NCBI RefSeq assembly: GCF_009914755.1
Contig: NC_060929.1
Origin: the human T2T-CHM13v2.0 reference genome, Homo sapiens
Length of the DNA: 64,000 nucleotides
Strand: one strand, 5' to 3'
This document shows, piece by piece, positions 49,158 to 64,000 of this stretch. The position numbers were made by a program, and so were the translations under genes. The notes beneath the pieces were generated by a model. That model worked only from the letters and a program-made list of their open reading frames with translations. It searched no databases and was not told where the DNA came from. The first letter of the stretch is position 1. Every line of letters starts with the position of its first letter.

Positions 49158-52100
49158 CTGAAAAGACGAGCACAACCAACAATAATCTTATTGTTTTCAG
49201 GATAACAATACTGAAAATACGAATTTTAGAAATGAAACATTGTTAATGCAGATTAATAATAACATAAAAAGCTAATAATTTTCATGGATAAATGTTTACA
49301 ATAGGCATATATTAAATTTAGCTTCAAAATCCCTTTCTGTAATGGAATACTATTTTTAAGTAAACAAATATTTGTGAACAGGCTTTGAAAAGGGCAATGT
49401 GCCCCAAAAACATAAGTATAGAAAGCATCTGCGTTCTCACGATATGCAGATGTAACTTAATAAACTGAAAACTTGGAATATTCTCTTGTCAAAATAATCT
49501 CAGTGTCATTACTATAAAACTCTATTGTCAACATAACTATTAATGTGTATAAACTGATTTAAGCTTCTAGAAATTTCCATTTACAATAAAACATGACAAT
49601 TTCACTGAGATCTTTGAATACCAGAATTTTAAAAAGTAAAGACAAAAATGATGTCCAAACCAAAAACAAACAAGTATCCCTTAAGTTTCTGGATCTTTAC
49701 ACTGTAGTCTGTGGAGCATTTTTTAAAAAAATTAAATGATTGCTTTTTTCTTCATTTTATTATAAGTAAAATTTCTAACTGGAATTTTCTGTCTCCATAT
49801 TTTCTCCCCATTCCAAATCCCTTTACAACAGTTTGCTTCAGGAGTAACATACATCAAATAAAATTGTTAATATTCTTCTCATGTTTAATAGAGATATCTT
49901 TTTGACACTTAACACTTAATAACTAAATCAAATGCTACAATGTAGAAAAGTGCCTTATTCATATATAGTAAACATTAAAATTTCACATATTGTAAACATT
50001 AAAATTAAAATGCCTTTATGATGTCTATAAAATCTTTTAAATGTTCTTGATAAATTGCTATAAATCACCCTCTCCAAAAATATAAATTGGAAAAATTTAA
50101 ATATGTCATACCATAATATTAAGTTAATGATTCAGATATTATTTTCCAAAGAAAATCAGAAAATCTTCAGATTCATGTAAGTGATTAGAGTTTTCCACTG
50201 TAGGAGGAGACTTTGAGAGTTAGCATTTGAAATGGTCCACGGTGTGCATGATGAAAACTGCCACCCTATCGCCATTGTTTCTGAGTCTCCCAAAGTCTCA
50301 TCTTCCCCGTTGAAACCTCATAAAATCCTTCCCTCAACTATTTCCCACAAGGTGATTCTCAGTCTTGTTCATATATAAAGAAAATCTGGAGTTTTGATGA
50401 GTACAATTTTTTGTGTTAAAATTCTGGGCCGATGGTCCCTTTTTTCCTTGAACAATGCTAAGTGGATGGACTCAGATATCCAAGTTAGGTTTTCTCATTT
50501 TGATGTTCAGACATCACACAACAACTATAACCATGAGTACATTTTAAGTCCCATTCCTCTTTGGAGGTTCAAAAAGACAATATCCCTCATGAATGTAAAT
50601 TTTACTTACTACTCTTAATATTTATCTACATTTATCTCCATTAGTCCTTTAAAGATTGATTTTGGAGTTTTAACTATGCAACTTGAAAGAGGGAATGTTT
50701 GAAAGATGTTTACTTCAGTATGTTAGGTCAATTAGCACATCGCTATGAAAGAGTCATATTCTTTCATTATCTTATGCATGACATTTTCTTTTTTTTTAAT
50801 CTGAGACTCTTTGTAGTTTAAACATTTCCAATACATACAATATGCACAGTGGACACTTTGAATCATGTTTTCTCCCATTTTGGAAGCCAAGTTTCACATC
50901 TGATGTTGCTGAACATTCCTTTTTCAATTATCTTTTATCTCATTTCAATTATCTTGTTTATACCTGTTGTAGACAGCCAAATTATCTTTGCTAGAGTTTT
51001 GGCTCATAAGCTATAGACACTAATTTTCTAAAGCTTTAATTGTAGATGCATAATAGTTTGTATTTTTCTCTAAATCATTAAAAATCATGTAAAAATTCTC
51101 TTTGCTCTAATATTTAGAAGCTCTGCATATATATTTTAGGAAGATGGAACTGCAGTTAGTTAAGCATCACCCAGTTTGGGTTGTGTCTAACTTTTAGTAG
51201 ATATTTGTAATTAAATTTTGGCACTGTTTCCATTAAACACAAAATTAAAATGAAAAAATTTATAAAAATACAGGCTCAGGCTCACTAAGTTTTAGTAATT
51301 ACAGGTTTTAAACTTTTGACTTTTCATGTATCTAGCACTATTAAGCTTGGAAAATAATTCAATATAAGGAAGCTAAGCTGTCACCATCATAGTCATACTC
51401 AAATTTAATACCAGTAAACTATGTTGCTATAGGAAATAAACTAAGTAAGCCTTGGAGGAAATATATAGTATGATTTTGGAAACACCTCCACTTACAAGTA
51501 TCTGCAAGTAATTCCTTTCCATCCCATTCCAACATTATTTTGTGATATCTCTGTAAAATAACAATGGCTAAAAGGTGATCTTAATTTTATTCTCCCTGTA
51601 TGAACTATCCCACATACTATGTAAAAGGTCTATTGAGGATTGCATCAGAAATGCCTAAATTATTCTCTATGAGCTTGGTGGATGCCTGAAAAGGAAATAA
51701 AATATTTTCATTTATGTATCTGATTTCAGAGAAATTGTTGTTCCACTGGGTGGTAGGAACACTGTGTATCCTTAAAAAGCAGAAGTGCATTCTAAGGTAT
51801 TTTGAACAAATGGTAGCCTCCTACATTAATATAAATAGAATGATAATCTGAATCTAGAATGCTTAGAACATATGCTAAGGGTATGCAGAAGGGAGGAATG
51901 GACTAATGGGGGTTTCAGTCTTGGTTTTGTCACTTCCGACCTATATAATCTTGAACAATTTGTCTAAGCTTTTTGAAATTTAATTTCCTCCCTGTAAAGG
52001 AGGTTTTAATAAAATATGTGAATATTATATGATATGTGCATGTAAAACATTAACAACATCTGCCACCTAGAAAGCACTTAGAACATGTTTTTTATTTTAA

Positions 52101-52225
52101 GTTTTTGGTTTTTTTTTACATGAAAAAGAGCAAAAAAGCATTTTCTTTACATCTTCTGCCTTTAACCACTCAATGCCAGAAAATTTGGATTTTGAGAAGT
52201 GTATTATAAAAGCCGATAATCATAA

Positions 52226-53075
52226 CGATATGGGGTGGCGACAGGGAAGTGCTGGGAGGAGAAGGGCAGGGACCCTGGCGAGCGTTCCACCCTCGGGCCT
52301 GTGCCCACGGATCTAGGTGAGGACAAACACTAGTGTTTTCATGCCCAAATGTTGCATTTTCCAAGAGCACCTGTCCCGCCACACCCCATCCTGTGCCTGT
52401 AAAAGCCCCCAGACCCTAGTGGGCACACACACAAGCAGCTGGGCACTGAGAGGAACAGACCAGCAGAAGAGCACACAGGTGGCTGGATGTGGAGAGGAGC
52501 AGAGGAGCAGAAGAGCACCACCGACAGGCACCGGTAGACGCCAGCAGGCCATCGACCCATGGAATGATGTGGATACCAAGGGGAATTTGGCCAGGACAGT
52601 TGGAGGAGAGTCCTGCCGCTGAGCAGCCCAACTCCAGAGGAAGACCACCTTCCCACTCCATACCCTCCTGGCTCCCCATCCACCTCACTGAGAGCTGCTT
52701 CCACCACTCAACAAAACCTTGCACTCATTCTCCAAGCCAACATGTGATCTGATTTTTCCGGTACACCAAGGCAAGAACCCCGGGATAGAGAAAGCCCTCT
52801 GTCCTTGTGACAAGGTAGAAGGTCTAATTGAGCTGATTAACATAAGCTGCCTACAGATGGCAAAACTAAAAGAGCACACTGTAACATGCCCGGTGGGGCT
52901 TCAGGAACTGTAAACGTTTACCCCTAGAAGCTGCTGTGGGGTCAGAGCCCACGCTCCCAATGACCTGCCCATCTGTCTCCTCCCCCTAAGGGTTTTGCAC
53001 AGTGAGACACTGAAGAAGGGAGCCACATCCCATCACACACCTTGCAAGGGGGACAAGGGAACTTTTCCCGTTTCA
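52226..53075 (+). mobile_element. ERV1-class solo LTR (LTR1-family-like), 850 bp
   Basis: GC-rich island; gggcctgtgcccacggatctaggtgaggac and terminal gggaacttttcccgtttca match remembered LTR1. 4-bp TSD ataa at 52222-52225 and 53076-53079. Confidence 0.8.
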
Positions 53076-53154
53076 ATAACAAGCATATAAAGATAATTTT
53101 GCAAACAACTTTCAAAGCTATATACTAATAAGACATTTAGGGCTACTATGGTTA

Positions 53155-53157
<3 letters not shown>

Positions 53158-53198
<41 letters not shown>
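53158..53198. repeat. (GT)~20 microsatellite
   Basis: Perfect dinucleotide run. Confidence 0.97.
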
Positions 53199-53201
<3 letters not shown>

Positions 53202-53949
53202 AAATCTAATCATGAGTCTTACCATGGGGGGTGGGATTAATGGGTTCTTGACAAGACAGCAACTAGCATGGGCTACTGGTCCTCTCTACTGAATCCAGCA
53301 CTTAAGATGCCCTGGAACAGAACATTGCTGAGCAGGCTTTGAAATTTATCGTACTTGAACACAAAAACTATGGTAAAGCCTTAGTGTAAGTGGAAATTTG
53401 AGATCCCAGTGTATGTTTGTGTAGCTGGGGTTTATTGAGGGTAACTCCAAGGGCTCATAAAGGTTATCAGGCTTGGGAAGAACTTTCTAAATGTTCTATT
53501 TCTCTTTCTCATTCTCATTTTGCTTATTGAGCTCTTTCTGATCTACCCAGTTCCAGCCCACTGCCAGTGAGAAGCAGTGGAAAAATGTGGGCCAGGCTTA
53601 GACAGGAGTCTGCAGGCACTAGCAGGCCTGAGTGTTGTACCCTCTGCCCTCCACATCACAGGTTATGGACTAAGGAGGTAAATCAGAGTGATGAGGTCCT
53701 GGTAAGAGCAGTGTCTAAGGCAGATGAAGTATTTTGTGGGAAAGGGGACTGTAGAGTCAGTACAGATTATAATTCTGCTATAAGGTATCCTCTCTACATC
53801 AACTCAATCCATTTGTAGTAGCTGAAGCTGGGACATGAATTTTACCCTTCCTTCTAGATACATCACTAGCTAAGGTATTAATAACAAATTCTCTAGGGAA
53901 TGTAAGCACCATGATCAAAAGGAAAAAACAGAACTAATACTAGAATAAA

Positions 53950-55300
53950 ATGTAGTCTAATGGAGAACAGATTCAGACTTTAAAATTCAAAAGAAATCCC
54001 TGAAAAGACGAAGATTTTCTGAAACATAAGACAGGAACAAGCATATAAATAAGAACCAATTGGTGATACTGGATAATTGGACATAAAAAGATAATTGTCT
54101 AAATAAAATTCCCAATGGAGTGGTTTCAATAGCAAAGAAGCAAAGAGACACAGCTGAAGAATATAAACTAGTAAGCAGCAAGACAGTGTTATAAAACCCT
54201 TTCCAGAAGGGAAGAGGATGGATTGCTGAGATTTCTCATATTGGGAGATGATGCAACTAACAATTTACTTTGAAAATTCTAGAGACGCAAGAAATAGTAA
54301 AAACTAATTTAAAAGTTCTGCAAGTTTGCTTAATAGAAGATCAACATATAACTATTCTACACCAGCAATTATCGACTGAAAATATAATCAAAATAGTGTG
54401 ATACCGGCACACATGGAGACAGATGAATAGAACAGAATAGAAAACCAATAGACTCCAATATGCAGGAAACTTTTGTATATGAAATAAATAATATTTAAAT
54501 GAGAGGAAAAAAGACAGAGTATTAAATAATTGGGACAATTTGATAGATTTCTCAAATAAATTTAGATCATTGCCTATCATCCTATCCCAAAATAAGTTCC
54601 ACAAAATTATCAGAGGAAAACACAGAATTAAAAACAATCTCAGAGATAAAAAAATGGGTTTCTATTCATGACACTAGATTTAAAAATGTTATTAATTAAA
54701 GTAAAAATTTCTGCAAGATTAAAAGCAAAATAAATACAAATGACAAATGGGGATTAAACTTTTACAAATTATATCATAGCAAATGGTTGATCAATCAAAG
54801 ATATTAGATTATACATATTGATAGATAAAACACAACTAACCCAATAGAAATGAGCAAAGGATTTGATTAGTAGCCATTAAAAGGAATGAATATGGATTTT
54901 AAACATATGAAAAGATAATCATATTCATAAAAAAGTAAATTAAATCTACACCAAGTAATCATAATTCACCTATCAAAAACAAAAATAAAAATGTTGGACT
55001 ACACAATATTAGCAAGAATATGGAGAACTAGGCATGTTTATATCTATGAGACTATAAATGACATAGTTTTCATGTGATAGTGTAATGACATCATATTTAT
55101 GAAAGACAATTTGGTTATATGTAACAATGACAAACACACATCCTCTTTAACTCAGCAATTCTATTTAAAAAATGTATCCTACAAGTATGAGTAAACTGAT
55201 GTTGGCAAAAAGTTATTCCCTACAGCACTGTATATAATAAAACACAAATTCAAACAATTTAAAGTATCTATAAATAGGCATCTAAGTAATTTTATTATGA
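53950..55300 (+). mobile_element. Highly degenerate ancient L1M ORF2/3' remnant
   Basis: A-rich tract with residual L1 motifs (aatagaacagaatagaaaacc, aaacatatgaaaagat, cagcaattcta). Boundaries uncertain. Confidence 0.55.
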
Positions 55301-55619
55301 AAAAGTACAGAAAAGAAGATACTATTTACTTGTAAAACATAAGAACAAGAATGAAGGAGGAAGGGAGGGAGTAACAGAGGGGGTGAGAAAAGAATGGAGG
55401 GATGGTGGAGGGAGAGAGAGAGATCTTAGCATAATGCTGTGGAAAGAGTAGTAAGACTTCAGCAACAGGACAGTGTATTGCATACTCCCCAAAATTTTAA
55501 AAAGTAAACACTTTTATTACAAGAACACCACAGGTAAAGTTCACAGGAAGGTGACAATCTGGGAGAAGATATCTGCATGTCTAGATTTGACAGGGGCTGC
55601 TTCTTCTTCTTCTTCTTAA

Positions 55620-57913
<2,294 letters not shown>

Positions 57914-57972
57914 AAAAAGTAAACATTTTTATTACAAGAACATCACAGGTAAAGTTCACAGGAAGGTGATAA

Positions 57973-58341
<369 letters not shown>

Positions 58342-58347
58342 TAAGTA

Positions 58348-58437
58348 CACTAGTTCTCAACCATATGGTCTCGGTACTTTTTTAAACCTTGTACAAATTA
58401 TCAAAAGCCCCAAAGTACAAACACGTGCAAAAGTGTG

Positions 58438-58474
<37 letters not shown>

Positions 58475-59910
58475 ACACTCACGTGCCATTGTGGGTTTTA
58501 TATATATATATATATATATAAATATTTATCATATTAGAAATTAATACTGACAAATTAAAAATATATTAATTCACCTAAAAATGACAATAATGAACAGGTT
58601 AAATATTACCATTAACACTACATTTTTATGAAAATAATTATATTGTTCAAAAACAAACAAAAATTTACTAAGAAAGAGTTATTTTATATTTTATCAAATC
58701 TCTTTCAAATCTAGCTTAAGAGAAGACAGGTTCTCATATTTGTTTCTATATTCAATCTATTGCAATATGTTGTTTTGGTTGCAATATAGGAAGAAAATGT
58801 AGCTTCATACAAATATGCAGCTAGAAAAGAAGAGATGACTTAGCAACTTTTCCAGATAACTGTAGATATTCTTTGATACCATACCAAAACTTGAAAAGTT
58901 TGCTTTTTAAATTTTAACAAAAGTAGTTTGTTAAATTTTAGATGCTTTGTGGAATCTGAAATCTACCAATGAAGATTTTGTATTCCTTGTGTTAAAATCC
59001 ATTGGTCTATTTTGCACTTTGAATGGATTTTTCACCCATGCATGGTTTTGTAACATTATACATTGGTCATTTGCAACATACTGGCTCACCGAGCTACGTA
59101 GATTTTCTAAGCGATGACACATTTCACTATATAATACAAAAACTTGCACTGATTAATATCACCACCAATTTCATCAGAAAAGTTTTTAATTATTGGAATG
59201 TATGAAACTCACATTGATAGTTACAAGTTTTCCAAAATTATAAATTTCACTTGAAATTTCCAATTTTATAACTAGCAACAAAGACTGTCAGCTGTTTTCA
59301 TTGATGTGGCAGGATTGCTGTATTCATTTTCAAGACAATATCTGCCTGATACCCAGGTATGAATAACTATAGTTGGTCTGTCAGTTGTTCTTTGAAGTAA
59401 ACATGATACAAAAAAGTAGGGGAAAGGAGTTGTTTACCTTGAAACTCACACAATCTTGCAAAGGCTTTTCCTGTAGACAATGGTCACATTTCAGTACTCA
59501 GCAAAAGTGCTTTATGCATAAACCCCTTTTCATCACACAGAATACTATAGACTTAAAAAGGATTGACATTTAATAAAATAATAGAATTAGTTATCATTAC
59601 TGCTTCATCAAGGATGTTCTTAAATGAATTGGATACTCTCTTTTTTTACTCATAAGTGTGTAAAATAGAGATAAATACAATGATGACTAGTATAGTTTGA
59701 TGCTATCGTCATGATTTGTGCCAAGGCACTAGCAGTTTTACTCACCACTGTTTGTGGCATCAGTACAAACGTTAACAGAGTAAAAGTGGCAAATATCGTC
59801 TTAGAAATATTATGAAAATTGTGTTGATTTGTGAATCTCCTGAATGAGTCTTTGGGATCCCCTGCTTCTTCAAGGGATATGTGAACTGCATTTTCAGGTG
59901 AGAATAACTG
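58348..59910. mobile_element. Charlie1-like hAT DNA transposon remnant containing (CA)n and (TA)n tracts
   Basis: Degenerate TIRs cactagttctca ... tgagaataactg, ~1.5 kb; aattatcaaaagccccaaag resembles the remembered Charlie1 end. Confidence 0.65.
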
Positions 59911-59928
59911 ATCTAAAATATACAAGGG

Positions 59929-60311
59929 TGTATGAGTCCATTTTCATACTGCTATGAAGAAATACCTGAGACTGACTAATTATAAAGAAAAAGAGGTTTA
60001 ATGGACTCACAGTTCCACATGGCTGGGGAGGGCTCACATGGCAGAAGGCGAAGGAGGGGCAAAGTCCCATCTTACATAGTAGCAGGCAAGAGAATGTATG
60101 CAGGGATCTGCCCTTTATAAAACCATCAGATCTCATGAAAGTTATCCACTATCATGAGAACAGCATGAGAACAGCATGGGAAAACCTGTCCCCATGATTC
60201 AATTACCTCCCACCGGGACCCTCCCCTGACACATGGGGATTATGGGAGCTACAATTCAAGATGAGATTTGGGTGGGGATCTAGCCAAATCATATCTAGCC
60301 AAATCATATCA
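59929..60311 (-). mobile_element. THE1 (MaLR) LTR
   Basis: gtccattttcatactgctatgaagaaatacctgagactg ... gagatttgggtgggga; terminal tagccaaatcatatc is duplicated. Confidence 0.9.
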
Positions 60312-61369
60312 AATCATATCTTCTCCCTTCTTTCTTCCTCTTCCCCTCCTCCTCCTCTTTCTTTTCTCTTCCACTTCTTCTTTTCTTCTTTCTTTTTCTT
60401 CCTCTTTTTTTTTTGCAAATCACATAGACACACACACAATGCAAAGAGATGAGGAAATCAATAGAAAATGGAGCAAATGATATTAAAGGTAACTCAGAGA
60501 AAATCTTCACTATTAAAGAAATGCAATTTTGTTAAAAAAAGATACAACAATTTACAGCCAACAGAATGGCAAAACAAAAATATCAAATAATATCAAGTAT
60601 TGGTGAAGTATTCTGATGCTGATGATGGGAATGTAAACTAGCATAGCCATTTCTATCTGTTAGTTGTTAGTAAAATTAAGCAACCCTATTTCTGGGTATT
60701 TTTCCCTGAAAAACTTTTGCATAAGTGCTCAAGAAGAAATCCACACACATATCTATTGTAATAACTTTTATGTTAGCAAAGGAGAGCAGCTTAGGTGACT
60801 ATCCCCAGAGGAATCGAATATTAAAATATAAAGTGTACCTGTGTGTATGTGTGTGTGTGTGAGCTCTCACACAATAAATATACTCTCTAAGAATCAGAAA
60901 TGATGAACTGGGTTTTTATACGGATATCTAAAAAACATAAGAATATGTGAAAAAGAAACAAGATAATTAAATACACACAGTACCATGTATGTAAATTTAA
61001 AAACACACCTTATGATATAACATCATGTACTCTCCAATAATTGACTTCAAATCAACACAAAGAAGGTAGAATGAAAGGTTACACATCAGCTACTAGGTTG
61101 GGCTCACATAGAGGAAGAGGAATAGGAAGGAAGGTGGGAAGAGAATAACAATTTAATATTAAATGGCAAGATACCTTACCCAGACTGATGATAATAATGT
61201 GCCTTGAAATAGGGAGGTGAAGTCTTACATCAGTGCTGGCAGGTGAGATCTGAAGTGGGGGAAAAATCATTGGTTTCTCCTTTACTTCTCTATTCTCAAG
61301 GAAAATGACTTAAGTATGGCCATATTATGCAATAGCACAGTTACCTACAAAAGTGATAGGAATGTTGAA

Positions 61370-62120
61370 TACAGAGGTCCTAAATCCATTGGAATTTTTT
61401 GGGTGATAGAAACCTCTTTTGTTCTAATGTGGTGACTCTTGATAGGCTCCTGAATAGCCTTGGGATGAGAGTGGTGGCCAAGGGAACCAATCAGGTGATT
61501 GGAGGGTTGGAACTTCAGCCCCACCCCTGCCCCGTCCTCTAGGAAGAGGAGAGGGACTGAAGGTTGAGTTCACCATTACTGGCCAATGATTTCATCAATC
61601 AGGCCTAAATAATGAAACTTCTATAAAACCTCCAAAGAACAGGTTTCAGACAGCTTTCGGGTTGCTGAATACACAGAGGATCCTGTAGGGTGTCACATCA
61701 GAGAGGGCAAGGAAGTTCCTCTTCTCTTCTCCCATATCTCACCCTATGCTTCTCATCTGCTTGTTCATCTGTATCCTTTGTAATATCCTTTATAATAAAC
61801 AAGTAAATGTGTTTCCCTGAGTTCTGTGAGGCATCCTAGCAAATTATTTGAACCCAGTGAGGGTGTAGTGGGAACCCCAATTCAGATGCAATTAGCGTCT
61901 GAAGTCTCGTGGAACTGTCTTGAGGAAGTCTTGTGGGACTGGGCCTTTAACCTATGGCGTGTGCAGTAACTGGGGTTAGTGTAAGAGTGTGCAGTAACTG
62001 TAGAATACTCAGTCAGTGTCCACTGAATAACTGGTTGTTGGTGGGGAGAATCACCGTTTTGTGACCAGAAGTAAAGTGTTAAGTGAAAGAGTAGGAAATT
62101 TTTTTTTTTCTATCTCAAAC
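61370..62120 (+). mobile_element. MER21-like LTR
   Basis: gtgattggagggttggaacttcagccccaccc, ggccaatgatt and tttataataaac..gtaaatgtgtttccctgagttctgtgag resemble remembered MER21. Ends approximate. Confidence 0.65.
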
Positions 62121-62552
62121 AAGTATGTTTTCAACTGGTCACAGTGAAAACAATTCTCCTACTAGGGCTTTTGCTTGGGAGCTGGCAATACAAATGTGTC
62201 TCAGGCAAAAAGAACAGGTAACCATCTGTTTTGGGTGATACCAGAAATAACTTGAGCTTCCCAGACAGTTCTAAATAGACTTCCAATGATTTGGATTGCA
62301 AATATGTCACTTAAGGGATTTAAAAAAATAAACAGACAAGCATGATCACCTAAAGTTTCCAGTTAAAAAGCACAGTTAAAAAAGTTACAGGGATTTGCAA
62401 CTCCCCTGTTCTTTCACATTATCTTATTAATATAAAGTATTTTATCAAATGCATCATTAACACATTCTGTGAAGGCTTGGGTGGTGAGAAGCATCATGAA
62501 CACACCTAAGGAGGAAGGCTTTGGAGGTGTTTAAGGATAAAAAGAGTAACTC

Positions 62553-62872
<320 letters not shown>

Positions 62873-64000
62873 TCAAATATAACTAGTCCTAGTGGCTACA
62901 GTAGAGTCTCTCTTAAACCACCTCCAAATCAGCAACAACCTGAGCACTGACACTCTTCACTGCCGCTGTGAAACATAATTGCTGCTCTACACATCTGGCA
63001 CTTTGGGCTGTTCTCTGCTAAGCCAACTCTCTTCTGTTCTTGCAGATTAATTGCACGCTCATCAAGGGTCATTTGTGTTTGTTCCCCAATCTGTTTTCTT
63101 TTCAAGTTGTGATTGTTATTCTACTTATGTAATCTAATTAAACACAATTGATAAAATGTGACTGGAAAAGAAAAGGTTTTTTTCTATAAAAACATGAAAA
63201 AGCTTTCTGAAAAACCTCAAAAAGGCATAGTACTAAAGAGTCTATAATATTGGGATAATTAATTGATATCTAGGATTCTATACTTGAATAACTTCACCAA
63301 TATGTTTAAACAATGAAATAAAAAGAAGTATCAATTATAAATTTCTTGACGTAGTTTATCTAAGAAACATAGTATGGAATTTAAATGCTTTTTTATTTTA
63401 ATCAAGGTTTTTAGTAACTAACCAAACACTAGTTCTGATGCTCCAGATAAAAGGACCTTTAAACTATCCTCCATGTTCTGAATGCTGGTTAGCCTTTGAC
63501 ATGTGTTCAATTAACTTAATTGTCCTCTTTGAATAACCATGGGAAAAGAACACATATGCATAAACATAAAACTATAATCTCTTTATGATTCTCTGCACCT
63601 GGTAAAACTTCCAATTAAAGTGAAACACCCCATTCATTACACAGCATGTAACAGGAGCAATACACCACCAGGGGTGAAAGCTGTTGGCATTTCCAGGAGT
63701 CGGGGCCAGGTATAACCATTTCATCTGAATTTCCACCTGTTTCTGAAGGGCTTCCACTATATTGTACTCATCTCTCCTCTCTTGGTACCAGCTGTTAGAG
63801 TTTCTTCACATCCTCCATCACCCACAGCTACACATTCAGGAGTGAACTGAACTGGGGCTACATGGTTTTGAAAACTACAGCTTGTATATCAAGTTTGATG
63901 AAATTGTAAATATTAAGGTAGTCTCGAACTCTTGTAAATAAAGATAAAGTTGAAGAAGAAACAAGAGGAATAAAAAGAGCAAACGATGTCAGCACATGAG

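Noticed and set aside
52170-52913. Cluster of overlapping 60-120 aa ORFs
   Set aside because: All lie within a GC-rich LTR where stop codons are rare; no recognisable domain.

Overview
Primate (almost certainly human) genomic DNA lying entirely inside EDIL3 (Del-1), which is transcribed on the minus strand. Three short coding exons (49157-49002, 47395-47251, 43035-42851; probably exons 7-9) encode the C-terminal half of discoidin/F5-8 type C domain 1 and the N-terminal half of domain 2, with canonical GT-AG junctions and consistent phases. The rest is intron rich in L1, Alu, MaLR/ERV1 LTRs and hAT elements, including a full-length inactivated L1PA antisense to the gene. I see no new protein-coding system. 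The best leads are hypotheses: (i) exons 7-9 form a 486-nt, phase 0-0 cassette equal to one discoidin repeat unit, so a back-spliced circle would have no stop and skipping would give a chimeric single domain; (ii) two direct L1PA copies bracket this cassette and share four apparently non-consensus substitutions; (iii) the antisense ORF0 of the full-length L1 stays open to a strong phase-0 donor that is in frame with the next EDIL3 exon. Repeat subfamily calls come from remembered consensus sequences, not a search.
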